From Escherichia coli (GTDB lineage Bacteria; Pseudomonadota; Gammaproteobacteria; Enterobacterales; Enterobacteriaceae): a DNA stretch of 64,000 bases. This document shows positions 1-16,047 of this stretch, one piece after another (within the stretch, counting starts at the first letter, position 1; every line of letters starts with the position of its first letter). Location: the NCBI RefSeq assembly GCF_002854065.1, contig NZ_CP024147.1; one strand, given 5' to 3'. The translations under genes and the position numbers were made by a program. The notes under the pieces were generated by a model. The model saw only the letters and a program-made list of their open reading frames with translations. It was not told the DNA's origin and did not search any database.

Positions 1-73
1 CTGTACGGCAGCGCCAATTTTCTGGGGGCGCACAAAGTCAGACTTTATCTATATTTGTAAGGGGTGAATCTTG

Positions 74-695
74 ATGACAAAAATGAGTCGCTACGCCTTG
101 ATTACTGCGCTGGCGATGTTTCTCGCCGGGTGTGTGGGGCAACGTGAACCTGCACCGGTAGAAGAAGTGAAACCAGCGCCGGAACAACCAGCCGAGCCAC
201 AACAGCCTGTCCCCACAGTGCCCTCGGTGCCGACGATCCCTCAGCAGCCAGGCCCAATTGAGCACGAAGATCAAACTGCACCGCCTGCGCCGCATATTCG
301 CCATTATGACTGGAATGGCGCAATGCAGCCGATGGTCAGTAAGATGCTTGGGGCTGACGGGGTGACTGCGGGTAGCGTCCTTCTGGTTGATAGCGTTAAC
401 AACCGTACTAACGGTTCGCTGAATGCCGCAGAAGCGACCGAAACGCTGCGAAATGCGCTGGCTAATAACGGTAAATTTACCCTGGTTTCCGCCCAGCAGC
501 TGTCGATGTCTAAGCAACAGTTAGGTTTGTCGCCGCAGGACAGTTTAGGTACCCGTAGTAAAGCCATAGGCATTGCCCGCAATGTCGGCGCTCATTACGT
601 GCTGTACTCCAGCGCCTCTGGCAACGTTAACGCTCCGACCCTACAAATGCAGCTGATGCTGGTGCAGACGGGCGAAATTATCTGGTCAGGTAAAG

Positions 696-715
<20 letters not shown>
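74..715 (+). CDS. lpoB: LpoB, outer-membrane lipoprotein activator of PBP1B
   Basis: ORF with lipoprotein signal (lipobox LAGC) followed by Pro/Gln-rich linker; matches recalled E. coli YcfM/LpoB; position upstream of thiK-nagZ. Confidence 0.88.
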
Positions 716-2556
<1,841 letters not shown>

Positions 2557-2578
2557 CCCTGGCTTATGTGAGGAAGCG

Positions 2579-3121
2579 ATGATTATCTATTTACACGGTT
2601 TTGACTCTAACAGTCCGGGTAACCACGAGAAAGTCTTACAATTGCAGTTTATTGACCCGGATGTACGCTTGATAAGCTACAGTACGCGGCATCCGAAACA
2701 TGATATGCAGCATCTGCTTAAAGAAGTGGACAAAATGTTGCAACTGAACGTTGACGAGCGTCCGCTAATTTGCGGCGTTGGCCTGGGCGGATACTGGGCT
2801 GAACGGATTGGTTTTCTTTGCGACATCCGCCAGGTGATCTTCAACCCTAATTTGTTCCCTTATGAGAACATGGAAGGCAAGATTGATCGCCCGGAAGAGT
2901 ATGCCGATATTGCCACTAAGTGTGTGACCAACTTCCGTGAGAAGAATCGCGATCGTTGCCTGGTGATTTTGTCGCGTAATGATGAAGCGCTTAACAGCCA
3001 GCGGACATCTGAAGAGTTGCATCATTATTACGAGATTGTCTGGGACGAAGAGCAGACGCACAAATTCAAGAATATCTCCCCGCATTTACAGCGCATTAAA
3101 GCGTTCAAAACCCTCGGGTAA
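2579..3121 (+). CDS. ycfP: UPF0227 family esterase-like protein YcfP
   Basis: 180-aa ORF from internal ATG ([11 protein letters not shown]...), alpha/beta-hydrolase-like HGF motif. Confidence 0.85.
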
Positions 3122-3129
3122 ATGCCCTC

Positions 3130-3260
3130 GTCGCATCAGGTAACCTTGCCGGTACCTGATGCGCTCCGAATTCTGTAAGTCGGATAAGGCGTTTACGCCG
3201 CATCCGACAGTCGAGCATCAATGCCTGATGCGCCTCTTATCAGGCCTACCGAACGCCCTG
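3130..3260. repeat. REP/BIME-type palindromic repeat cluster
   Basis: Tandem imperfect palindromes of the gcctgatgcgc...gcatccg type characteristic of E. coli REP elements, in ycfP-ndh intergenic region. Confidence 0.6.
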
Positions 3261-3521
3261 CATACACCCCTCACTCTATATCACTCTCACAAATTCGCTC
3301 AAATAATAAACAATAAACTCTGTTTTTTGATCTCACCCGGTAAAGTCGCCTATCTTTTCAGCAACAAAACTTGATTAACATCAATTTTGGTATGACCAAT
3401 GCACCATTCATGTTATTCTCAATAGCGAAGAACATTTTTCATTGCTGTAACCTGTTGTTAATTAAGAGCTATGTTAATAACCATTAATTAACAATTGGTT
3501 AATAAATTTAAGGGGGTCACG

Positions 3522-4826
3522 TTGACTACGCCATTGAAAAAAATTGTGATTGTCGGCGGCGGTGCTGGTGGGCTGGAAATGGCAACACAGCTGGGGCATA
3601 AGCTGGGACGCAAGAAAAAAGCCAAAATTACGCTGGTCGATCGTAACCACAGCCACCTGTGGAAACCGCTGCTGCACGAAGTGGCGACTGGCTCGCTTGA
3701 TGAAGGCGTCGATGCGTTGAGCTATCTGGCCCATGCGCGCAATCATGGTTTCCAGTTCCAGCTGGGTTCCGTCATTGATATTGATCGTGAAGCGAAAACA
3801 ATCACTATTGCAGAACTGCGCGATGAGAAAGGTGAACTGCTGGTTCCGGAACGTAAAATCGCCTATGACACCCTGGTAATGGCGCTGGGTAGCACCTCTA
3901 ACGATTTCAATACGCCAGGTGTCAAAGAGAACTGCATTTTCCTCGATAACCCGCACCAGGCGCGTCGCTTCCACCAGGAGATGCTGAATTTGTTCCTGAA
4001 ATACTCCGCCAACCTGGGCGCGAATGGCAAAGTGAACATTGCGATTGTCGGCGGCGGCGCGACGGGTGTAGAACTCTCCGCTGAACTGCACAACGCGGTC
4101 AAGCAACTGCACAGCTACGGTTACAAAGGCCTGACCAACGAAGCCCTGAACGTAACGCTGGTAGAAGCGGGTGAACGTATTTTGCCTGCATTACCGCCAC
4201 GTATCTCTGCTGCGGCCCACAACGAGCTAACGAAACTTGGCGTTCGCGTGCTGACGCAAACCATGGTCACCAGTGCTGATGAAGGCGGCCTGCACACTAA
4301 AGATGGTGAATATATTGAGGCTGATCTGATGGTATGGGCAGCCGGGATCAAAGCGCCAGACTTCCTGAAAGATATCGGTGGTCTTGAAACTAACCGTATC
4401 AACCAGCTGGTGGTGGAACCGACGCTGCAAACCACCCGCGATCCAGATATTTACGCTATTGGCGACTGCGCGTCATGCCCGCGTCCGGAAGGGGGCTTTG
4501 TTCCGCCGCGTGCTCAGGCTGCACACCAGATGGCGACTTGCGCAATGAACAACATTCTGGCGCAGATGAACGGTAAGCCGCTGAAAAATTATCAGTATAA
4601 AGATCATGGTTCACTGGTATCGCTGTCGAACTTCTCCACCGTTGGTAGCCTGATGGGTAACCTGACGCGCGGCTCAATGATGATTGAAGGACGAATTGCG
4701 CGCTTTGTATATATCTCGCTATACCGAATGCATCAGATTGCGCTGCATGGTTACTTTAAAACCGGATTAATGATGCTGGTGGGGAGTATTAACCGCGTTA
4801 TCCGTCCGCGTTTGAAGTTGCATTAA
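3522..4826 (+). CDS. ndh: type II NADH:quinone oxidoreductase (NDH-2)
   Basis: 434-aa product [19 protein letters not shown]... with two GxGxxG FAD/NAD folds; non-ATG start in frame. Confidence 0.93.
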
Positions 4827-4834
4827 TCGACGTA

Positions 4835-4930
4835 CACTGGCGGATGTGGCATAAACGCCTCATCCGCCCTGGACAAATGGTACGAACGGTAGGCCTGATA
4901 AGACGCGTTAAGCGTCGCATCAGGCATTCC
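4835..4930. repeat. REP-type palindromic repeat
   Basis: gcctgataagacgcg...gcgtcgcatcaggc REP consensus downstream of ndh. Confidence 0.55.
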
Positions 4931-5052
4931 TTCAGACTCCTCCGAATCCTTAAGTATTTCCAGCCATTCCCGCGCTTTTCATCTTCTGTCTGATAGCTGC
5001 TTTTCTCCTTCGCTTGCATGATTGGCATAACTGCAAAGAAGGAGGTATTCCC

Positions 5053-5592
5053 GTGAATAAATCAATGTTGGCGGGTATCGGGATTGGTGTCGCAGCTGCG
5101 CTTGGCGTAGCGGCAGTGGCCAGTCTGAACGTGTTTGAACGTGGCCCGCAATACGCTCAGGTTGTTTCTGCAACCCCAATCAAGGAAACGGTTAAAACAC
5201 CGCGTCAGGAGTGTCGCAACGTCACAGTGACCCATCGTCGACCGGTGCAGGATGAAAATCGCATTACCGGGTCGGTGCTCGGCGCTGTTGCTGGCGGCGT
5301 GATAGGGCATCAGTTTGGTGGTGGTCGTGGTAAAGATGTCGCCACTGTTGTGGGGGCGCTGGGTGGTGGATATGCCGGTAACCAGATCCAGGGCTCTCTC
5401 CAGGAAAGCGATACTTACACGACTACGCAACAGCGTTGTAAAACGGTGTATGACAAGTCAGAAAAAATGCTCGGTTATGATGTGACCTATAAGATTGGCG
5501 ATCAGCAGGGCAAAATCCGCATGGACCGCGATCCGGGTACGCAGATCCCGCTAGATAGTAACGGGCAACTGATTTTGAATAACAAAGTATAA
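5053..5592 (+). CDS. ycfJ: glycine-zipper outer membrane protein YcfJ
   Basis: 179-aa product MNKSMLAGIGIGVAAALG... (GTG start), Gly-rich zipper segments. Confidence 0.85.
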   Translation: MNKSMLAGIGIGVAAALGVAAVASLNVFERGPQYAQVVSATPIKETVKTPRQECRNVTVTHRRPVQDENRITGSVLGAVAGGVIGHQFGGGRGKDVATVVGALGGGYAGNQIQGSLQESDTYTTTQQRCKTVYDKSEKMLGYDVTYKIGDQQGKIRMDRDPGTQIPLDSNGQLILNNKV

Positions 5593-5615
5593 CAAGGCTG
5601 TACTCTGCAATTTGG

Positions 5616-5648
5616 CCCCTCATTCGCTCAGGCTGAGGGGCTTTTTTT
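5616..5648 (+). terminator. rho-independent terminator after ycfJ
   Basis: cccctcattcgctcaggctgagggg hairpin followed by T7 run. Confidence 0.65.
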
Positions 5649-5653
5649 GCGAC

Positions 5654-6286
5654 TTATTTCACCAGTTCGGGCCATAAACGCAAAGTCGTTCCGGCAATCT
5701 GCATCAGTTTTTCCAGCGATGCACCTTCGCGTGCGCTGATCGACATCCCCTGAATAATACAATTAAGGAATTCTGCCAGATGTGTCACGTCACAGTGGGT
5801 CGGGATTTCCCCGCGCGCTTGTCGTTGACATAAAAACTGCTGCAAAGTGCGCTCTTGCATCGCATGGCGTGATTTCAACGTATTGGCGATATCTCCTGAA
5901 TCTGGGGAGAGGGTGGTGCAGTTGTTGATCATGAAGCAGCCTGCCGGGGTGTCTTTGCTGGTAAAGCAGTTGGCGATGGCAGCAAAATAGTCAGCCAGCG
6001 CAGACTCCACGCTTTTCTCTTCACAAAACAGTTGTGCTTCATGCTTAGCGGCAAAACGATCGATATAGCGGTCGAGAACGGCACGAAATAACCCCTCTTT
6101 GTTGGTAAATTCCGCGTATAGCGTGGGCGCTTTGGCTCCGGTCGCTTCGACGAGGTCCGCAAGAGAAGTCGCTTCATAACCGTGTTGCCAGAACAATTTC
6201 ATGGCCTTATCAAGCGCGGCATCTCTGTCGAACACTTTTGGGCGGCCACGGCTTTTTTTTACACATTGTGTTGAGTCAGTTGCCAT
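5654..6286 (-). CDS. comR: TetR-family transcriptional repressor ComR (YcfQ)
   Basis: 210-aa product with N-terminal TetR HTH (RGRPKVFDRDAALDKAMKLFWQHGYEATSL), divergent to bhsA. Confidence 0.85.
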   Translation of the reverse strand: MATDSTQCVKKSRGRPKVFDRDAALDKAMKLFWQHGYEATSLADLVEATGAKAPTLYAEFTNKEGLFRAVLDRYIDRFAAKHEAQLFCEEKSVESALADYFAAIANCFTSKDTPAGCFMINNCTTLSPDSGDIANTLKSRHAMQERTLQQFLCQRQARGEIPTHCDVTHLAEFLNCIIQGMSISAREGASLEKLMQIAGTTLRLWPELVK

Positions 6287-6526
6287 GATGCCGTTGTACC
6301 TGGTGACTGTGAATGAAAGGTTATTATAAAAATAATCACCTCCGTTCACCAGTCCAGATCCCATAAAAATAATTGCTTTCTATTTAACTGAAATTTAAAG
6401 ATTTTTAAATTAATTAATGATTGTTATAAAAAATATCTTGTATGTGATCCAGATCACATCTATCATTTAGTTATCGATCGTTAAGTAATTGCTTGCGACG
6501 TCATTCATCTGCATAAGGCCACTATT

Positions 6527-6784
6527 ATGAAAAACGTAAAAACCCTCATCGCTGCGGCGATTTTAAGCTCCATGTCATTTGCCAGCTTTGCGGCTGTCGA
6601 AGTTCAGTCAACGCCAGAAGGCCAACAAAAAGTCGGTACAATCAGTGCTAACGCGGGGACAAATCTGGGATCGCTGGAAGAGCAGCTGGCGCAAAAAGCG
6701 GATGAGATGGGCGCAAAATCTTTCCGTATTACTTCTGTAACCGGTCCGAATACCCTCCATGGAACAGCAGTAATTTATAAATAA
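6527..6784 (+). CDS. bhsA: multiple stress resistance outer membrane protein BhsA (YcfR)
   Basis: 85-aa secreted YhcN/DUF1471-family protein, signal peptide ...SFASFA. Confidence 0.88.
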   Translation: MKNVKTLIAAAILSSMSFASFAAVEVQSTPEGQQKVGTISANAGTNLGSLEEQLAQKADEMGAKSFRITSVTGPNTLHGTAVIYK

Positions 6785-6823
6785 GCATTAACCCTCATTA
6801 ATGCCTGCTACTGCTGATTTTTT

Positions 6824-6857
6824 CCCCGCGACATGCCGTGTAGCGGGGATTTTTTTT
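6824..6857 (+). terminator. rho-independent terminator after bhsA
   Basis: ccccgcgacatgccgtgtagcgggg hairpin followed by T9 run. Confidence 0.65.
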
Positions 6858-6866
6858 ATCCAGGAT

Positions 6867-7829
6867 TTACAGAGTTTGTGGGCTCACTTGATGACGGCGG
6901 ACATCCACCGGCATCCCGGAACGGACATCCATCACAAGTTGCATCACTTCAGCGTCAGTTTGTGCTGCATCTTTAAATGATTGCATTGCGCTATTCAGCG
7001 TAATTGGCAGCAGCTGCGGATCGTCATCAATCTTCTCTGACAGCGGCTGATGTACTTCAACCAGACGTGCACCGTTTGGTTCGGCAGAGACTTTTATCGG
7101 AGTGTTGATGATATTCACTTTGGTGCCTGGGGTGACCTGGCTAAAGAGTGTTTTGATATCGTCATCCCGCAGACGAATACAGCCAGAACTTACCCGCATG
7201 CCAATGCCGAAATCGGCGTTCGTACCGTGAAGCAAATAAACGCCGCCATAGGCCGCCAGACGAATCGCATGATGGCCCATTGGATTATCCGGTCCAGCCG
7301 GCACTACCGCAGGCAACTCAATTCCTTGTGCCTTATATCGCGCGCGAATGTTTGCCGTTGGCGTCCAGGTTGGGTTTGCACGCTTGTCAGAAACGGTGGT
7401 CACCATTGTCGGTGTCAGCGTGTCACCACCTAACTGACCAATACCTATTGGATACACGGTTACCGAATTTTTACCCGGCGGGTAGTAATAGAGACGAAGC
7501 TCCGCAATGTTGATCACAATGCCTTCGCGCGGCGCGTCTGGAAGTAGGGTTTGCAACGGGATCGTTAACACGCTGCCCGCGCGCGGTACGTAAGGATCAA
7601 CGCCGGGGTTAGCCTGTAATAGAGCGAGAAAGCCGACGTTATATTTTTTGGCGATGGCTTCCAGAGAACCACCGTCATTTTCCACCACATGAAATTTGTT
7701 TTCGCCAACCAGACGACTGCCCGCTGGCGGCAGCGGCCAGGTGTTGGCTTTTGCCGGTAGCGCCAGCGCCACGGCAGCGGCGAACGTAAAAAACGTTAGC
7801 CAGCGAGAAAAACGCGTTTTGATCATCAC
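6867..7829 (-). CDS. ldtC: L,D-transpeptidase LdtC (YcfS)
   Basis: 320-aa ORF with signal peptide, LysM-like region and YkuD catalytic motif (HGT...SSGCIRL). Confidence 0.88.
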   Translation of the reverse strand: MMIKTRFSRWLTFFTFAAAVALALPAKANTWPLPPAGSRLVGENKFHVVENDGGSLEAIAKKYNVGFLALLQANPGVDPYVPRAGSVLTIPLQTLLPDAPREGIVINIAELRLYYYPPGKNSVTVYPIGIGQLGGDTLTPTMVTTVSDKRANPTWTPTANIRARYKAQGIELPAVVPAGPDNPMGHHAIRLAAYGGVYLLHGTNADFGIGMRVSSGCIRLRDDDIKTLFSQVTPGTKVNIINTPIKVSAEPNGARLVEVHQPLSEKIDDDPQLLPITLNSAMQSFKDAAQTDAEVMQLVMDVRSGMPVDVRRHQVSPQTL

Positions 7830-7972
7830 CAAAAATCCATAATAAATATAAGGTTATTGTAATAAACAGATAAGCCTGAATTATGGATGGTGACAGTGTC
7901 GGATAGTGCAGGGAAGTGCAAAGAATTTGTAAATGTTGCAGATGGGGGCGCAGAAACGCCCCCGATTTACCA

Positions 7973-10900
7973 TTAAGCGATCGCGTTTTCTTCCAGTTCA
8001 CGCATAAACTGGCGTACCCATTCGATACGCGTTTTCCGCTCACTCAAATCCTGAATAAATTTCAGGCGCGTCGGACCATCAAGGCGGTAATGCTGCGGCT
8101 GTTTTTGCAGCAAACCAATCAACCAGGCCGGATTAACGTGATTCTTCTCGGCAAATTCGATCACCCCACCTTTCTCATTACCTTCCAGCTTCCTGATCCC
8201 CAGTTTCTGCGCTTGCTGGCGCAGACGGGCAATATCCAGCAGGGTACGCGCCGGATCCGGCAGCAGGCCGAAGCGATCGATAAGCTCGACTTTGATCTCT
8301 TCCAGTTCGTTTTCCGTTTTGGCGCTGGCAATACGTTTGTAGAACGACAGACGCGTGTTCACGTCAGGGATGAAATCATCTGGCAATAGCGACGGCATCC
8401 GCAGCTCGACTTCTGTTTGCTGGCTGGTGAGATCTTCCAGCGACGGCTCGCGTCCGGCTTTCAGTGCATCGACGGCGTTTTCCAGCAACTCCATATACAG
8501 CGAGAAACCGATGGTTTCCATCGAGCCACTTTGTTCTTCGCCAAGCAGTTCACCCGCGCCGCGAATCTCCAGATCGTGCGTTGCCAGCGCAAAACCTGCC
8601 CCGAGATCTTCCAGCGAGGCAATCGCTTCAAGACGTTTTTGTGCATCGGTAGTCATCGCTTTTGGATGCGGTGTCAGCAACCATGCATATGCCTGATGAT
8701 GCGAACGTCCGACGCGACCGCGTAACTGGTGCAGCTGCGCCAGACCGAAGTGATCCGCGCGTTCAATGATAATGGTGTTGGCTGTCGGGATGTCGATCCC
8801 GGTTTCGATAATGGTTGTACAAACCAGCACGTTGAAACGTTGATGATGGAAATCATTCATCACCCGTTCCAGTTCGCGCTCGCGCATCTGCCCGTGACCG
8901 ATGGCGATCCGCGCTTCTGGCACCAGTTCTGCCAGCCGTTCGGCGGCTTTCTGAATGTTTTCCACATCATTGTAGAGATAATAAACCTGTCCTCCGCGCA
9001 AAATTTCACGCAGGATCGCCTCCCGGACCACCAGGCTGTCATACTCACGGACAAAGGTTTTAACTGCCAGACGACGGGCGGGCGGCGTGGCGATAATCGA
9101 CAGGTCACGCATTCCGCTCATTGCCATATTCAGCGTACGTGGGATCGGCGTTGCAGTAAGCGTCAGAATATCCACGTTCGCGCGCATCGCTTTAATGCGC
9201 TCTTTATGACGCACCCCGAAGCGGTGTTCTTCATCGACAATCAGCAGGCCTAAATCTTTAAACTTGACGTCACTTTGCAGCAGTTTGTGCGTACCGATCA
9301 GAATATCGATTTTCCCTTCCGCCACTTCCGCAAGGATTTGCGTCTGCTCTTTGGCGCTGCGGAAACGGGAGATCATTTCGATACGTACCGGCCAGTTGGC
9401 GAAACGGTCGCGGAAGTTGTCGTAATGCTGCTGCGCGAGAAGGGTGGTAGGCACCAGCACCGCCACCTGCTTGTGGTTATCTACTGCCAGGAAAGCGGCG
9501 CGCATCGCCACTTCTGTTTTACCAAAGCCAACATCGCCGCACACCAGACGATCCATTGCCAGCGGCTGACACATGTCGCTAAGTACCGCATTAATGGCCT
9601 GCGCCTGATCCGGCGTGGTTTCAAACGGGAAGCTGTCGCAGAACAACTGATACTGCTCACGATCGTGTTTAAACGCGAAGCCCTCTTTGGCGGCGCGTTG
9701 CGCGTAGATATCCAGCAATTCCGCCGCCACATCACGCACTTTTTCCGCCGCTTTCTGCCGCGCGCGTGACCACGCATCGCCGCCAAGTTTATGCAGCGGG
9801 GCGTTTTCTTCCGCGCCACCTGCGTAACGGCTAATCAGATGCAGTGACGACACCGGAACATACAGTTTGGCGTCGTTGGCATAGGTGAGCATCAGGTACT
9901 CGCCAGTAATGCCGCCAGCTTCCAGCGTGGTCATTCCGGCATAGCGACCGACGCCGTGCTCCAGATGGACCACCGGCTGGCCAATATGCAGCTCCGCGAG
10001 GTTGCGGATCAGTGTATCGGGGTTGATGGTGCGGCGAGAATCCTGACGACGGCGGGCAACACGTTCACCGAGCAGATCGCTTTTGCAAATCAGCGCCAGG
10101 TTACGCACCTTATCGACAAAACCATGTTCGGCAGCGCCAATCATCAGATAACGCCCACGGTCGCTGGCTTCATCAAGACGCATAATGCGTTGCGGAGCAA
10201 TTTTAATTCGTGCGAGCAGTTCACCCAGCGCTTCACGGCGACCTTCACTTTCTACCGAGAACACCACCGGACCGTCGAAAGTCTCGAGGAACTTACGCAG
10301 CGCATCCAGCGGCGCTTTTTGTTGTGCCTGAACGGCCAGGTCTGGCAGTTTCTGGAAACCTAAATTGGCATTCGCGGCTTTTGTCGGTAAATGTTCAGTT
10401 TTTAGCTGCACTCGGGGCCAGTTTTTCAGCTCTGAGAAGAGCTCGTCCACCCGCAGCCAGAGCGATTGTGGTGGCAACAGTGGGCGCATCGGATCGACGC
10501 CGCGATTCTCAAAACGCGCCAGCGTGTCAGCCTGGAAACGTTCGGCACTGTTTTCCAGATCGCCAGTATTCACCAGCAAGGTATTGGCAGGGAAATAACT
10601 GAACAGCGGCGGCAGTGGTTCGCTGAAGAACAATGGCTGCCAGTACTCGATCCCGGCAGGTAATGTGCCTTTACTCACTTGCTGGTAAATATGTTCCGGA
10701 TCGCGCTTCACTTCGAAGGTATCGCGCCACTGGCTGCGGAACAGTTCAATTGCCGCTTTATCGGTCGGAAATTCGTGCGCGGGCAGCAGATTGATCGCTT
10801 CTACTTCCTCCAGCGTGCGCTGGCTGTCGACGTCAAACACCCGCAGGCTGTCGATTTCATCATCAAAGAAATCAAGACGATAAGGCAGCTCACTCCCCAT

Positions 10901-11419
10901 CGGGAAGAGATCCAGCAACGCGCCGCGCGTGGCGTATTCGCCGTGCTCCATCACCTGGTCAACATGGCGATAACCGGCGCTGTCCAGTTGGGTTCGTAAT
11001 GCATCTCGTGACAGGCGCTGACCTTTTTTCATCACCAGCGCATGACCGTGGAGAAAACTGTGTGGGCAAACGCGCTGCATAAGCGTATTCACCGGAACAA
11101 TCAGTACGCCACGCTGCATCGTCGGTAGCTGGTAAAGGGTGGAAAGGCGCGAGGAGATAATGTCCTGATGAGGCGAAAAACTGTCGTAAGGGAGGGTTTC
11201 CCAGTCCGCCAGATTCATCACCATCTGATCGGTGAACTGGCTGATTTCATCATGCAAACGCAGAGCATTTTGCATATCTGGTGCAATGAGTACCACCGGA
11301 CCGGCGTGACGTTCGGCAATTTCCGCCACCAGCGTCGCGCAGGCAGCGCCGGTTAACTCGCCCAGCAGACGCTGCTCACCCGCTTTGACGGGCAGCGTAT
11401 AACGATATTGTTCAGGCAT
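7973..11419 (-). CDS. mfd: transcription-repair coupling factor Mfd
   Basis: 1148-aa product from MPEQYRYTLPVKAGEQRL...; superfamily-2 helicase motifs (GDVGFGKTEVA, DEEHRFG). Confidence 0.95.
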   Translation of the reverse strand: MPEQYRYTLPVKAGEQRLLGELTGAACATLVAEIAERHAGPVVLIAPDMQNALRLHDEISQFTDQMVMNLADWETLPYDSFSPHQDIISSRLSTLYQLPTMQRGVLIVPVNTLMQRVCPHSFLHGHALVMKKGQRLSRDALRTQLDSAGYRHVDQVMEHGEYATRGALLDLFPMGSELPYRLDFFDDEIDSLRVFDVDSQRTLEEVEAINLLPAHEFPTDKAAIELFRSQWRDTFEVKRDPEHIYQQVSKGTLPAGIEYWQPLFFSEPLPPLFSYFPANTLLVNTGDLENSAERFQADTLARFENRGVDPMRPLLPPQSLWLRVDELFSELKNWPRVQLKTEHLPTKAANANLGFQKLPDLAVQAQQKAPLDALRKFLETFDGPVVFSVESEGRREALGELLARIKIAPQRIMRLDEASDRGRYLMIGAAEHGFVDKVRNLALICKSDLLGERVARRRQDSRRTINPDTLIRNLAELHIGQPVVHLEHGVGRYAGMTTLEAGGITGEYLMLTYANDAKLYVPVSSLHLISRYAGGAEENAPLHKLGGDAWSRARQKAAEKVRDVAAELLDIYAQRAAKEGFAFKHDREQYQLFCDSFPFETTPDQAQAINAVLSDMCQPLAMDRLVCGDVGFGKTEVAMRAAFLAVDNHKQVAVLVPTTLLAQQHYDNFRDRFANWPVRIEMISRFRSAKEQTQILAEVAEGKIDILIGTHKLLQSDVKFKDLGLLIVDEEHRFGVRHKERIKAMRANVDILTLTATPIPRTLNMAMSGMRDLSIIATPPARRLAVKTFVREYDSLVVREAILREILRGGQVYYLYNDVENIQKAAERLAELVPEARIAIGHGQMRERELERVMNDFHHQRFNVLVCTTIIETGIDIPTANTIIIERADHFGLAQLHQLRGRVGRSHHQAYAWLLTPHPKAMTTDAQKRLEAIASLEDLGAGFALATHDLEIRGAGELLGEEQSGSMETIGFSLYMELLENAVDALKAGREPSLEDLTSQQTEVELRMPSLLPDDFIPDVNTRLSFYKRIASAKTENELEEIKVELIDRFGLLPDPARTLLDIARLRQQAQKLGIRKLEGNEKGGVIEFAEKNHVNPAWLIGLLQKQPQHYRLDGPTRLKFIQDLSERKTRIEWVRQFMRELEENAIA

Positions 11420-11546
11420 AACGGTTGTCAGATTCTCGTTAGGATATGCCTCAACATATGGGGGCATATCTCTGATAAGCAATGCTGTTCATTATCCGTA
11501 ATCGACATGGTTTAGCAAATTGAATCGCCCCGGCTGGGGCGATGGC

Positions 11547-12620
11547 TTAGCGGGAGTAACTGACGGCAGCGGGCAGTGAAGGCGGGGAGAACAACAGATC
11601 GCTGAATGCACGCTGTGAAAATTTTCTTACCAGCAAGCCCGCAACAGTACAGATGAACAAACTGACAAAGGGATAAACCAGCAGGAGTGTCAGTTCGACT
11701 TGCGGCGACCAGCGTGCTGCGTTCATTTGCGCAAGCAGAGTTAAGCTGAATATTTCAACCAGAATGCGATGGGTGGTGTAGATAGCAATGGTGTTGGAGC
11801 CAATCACATTCAGCAGGCTGGTGGAGCGCATACCGAATCGTTGCTCGTATTGATAAAACAGCTTCATGATCACCACAATCGATACCAGCGACAACAGCAG
11901 CGAGATAGTAAACAACCAGGCACTGACCGCCAGAACGGTCAGCAAAGAAGCCATCAGCAGATAGCGGCGCAACGGCACCTCTTTAACACAGGTCATTAAT
12001 GTTGCGCCAAACCATGCGCCAAGGCTGTAATAAGGCAAATTGCGGATCACACTGTTCATTCCCCACCACGGCGTGGGAACGAAATTAACCGCCACACTCA
12101 GCAGTACAAACAAGGCGAATAGTGGCAGCGCCAGACGGCTAAAAATTTTACATACCACGAAATAGACAATTAACGCATACAGATACCACAAGCTGGTGCT
12201 GGCGGTGATCATCCCGTGCAGGAACTCACCGGTGGAATCGGCATACGCGGCATTGGAAGCGTTGCTTAAATCGCGCTCAGGTGCCAGCCACTGGTTCAGC
12301 GCACTTAACGCCAGCCACTGCACCACGCCCCAAAGCGCCAGCACCCAAAAGATGCTCCAGATGCGTTTATCGAGACAATTTCCCCACGGTACGCTGTCGA
12401 TATAGCGGCGAATCAAATAGCCGGAAATAAAGAAAAAAACCGGCATACGAAAGGGGGCAAGGTAAAGATTGAAATAGATCCAGCATTTGCTCAGGACTTC
12501 CGATAACGGATGCTGAAAAGTGGTCATATGCGGATAAAAGGTAATGACCGAGTGATAAATCACGACCAGACAAATACATAACCCTTTGATCTGGTTAATC
12601 CATAGCTCTTTTTGTTTCAT
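11547..12620 (-). CDS. ycfT: inner membrane acyltransferase-family protein YcfT
   Basis: 357-aa polytopic membrane ORF. Confidence 0.82.
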   Translation of the reverse strand: MKQKELWINQIKGLCICLVVIYHSVITFYPHMTTFQHPLSEVLSKCWIYFNLYLAPFRMPVFFFISGYLIRRYIDSVPWGNCLDKRIWSIFWVLALWGVVQWLALSALNQWLAPERDLSNASNAAYADSTGEFLHGMITASTSLWYLYALIVYFVVCKIFSRLALPLFALFVLLSVAVNFVPTPWWGMNSVIRNLPYYSLGAWFGATLMTCVKEVPLRRYLLMASLLTVLAVSAWLFTISLLLSLVSIVVIMKLFYQYEQRFGMRSTSLLNVIGSNTIAIYTTHRILVEIFSLTLLAQMNAARWSPQVELTLLLVYPFVSLFICTVAGLLVRKFSQRAFSDLLFSPPSLPAAVSYSR

Positions 12621-12770
12621 CAGGACAACACGCTCTTTTTTAATTTACATGCGGTTGATCCTGCGGGTTATGACCCGAGGTGTAATGGGTATCTGTCTGT
12701 ATTGGATAATTTTTCAGATTAAGATCAGGCGGCAAGATTGATGATAAAACATGGCAATTTAGCCGATTGA

Positions 12771-16019
<3,249 letters not shown>

Positions 16020-16047
16020 AGGCAGTACATTAAAACAAGGAGCGGCA

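Noticed and set aside
38-582. Minus-strand ORFs of 73-159 aa at the window start
   Set aside because: Antisense to lpoB, which has a clear lipoprotein signal and synteny; no RBS.
8355-11356. Multiple 60-170 aa ORFs on the plus strand
   Set aside because: All are antisense within mfd; typical shadow ORFs of a long GC-balanced gene.
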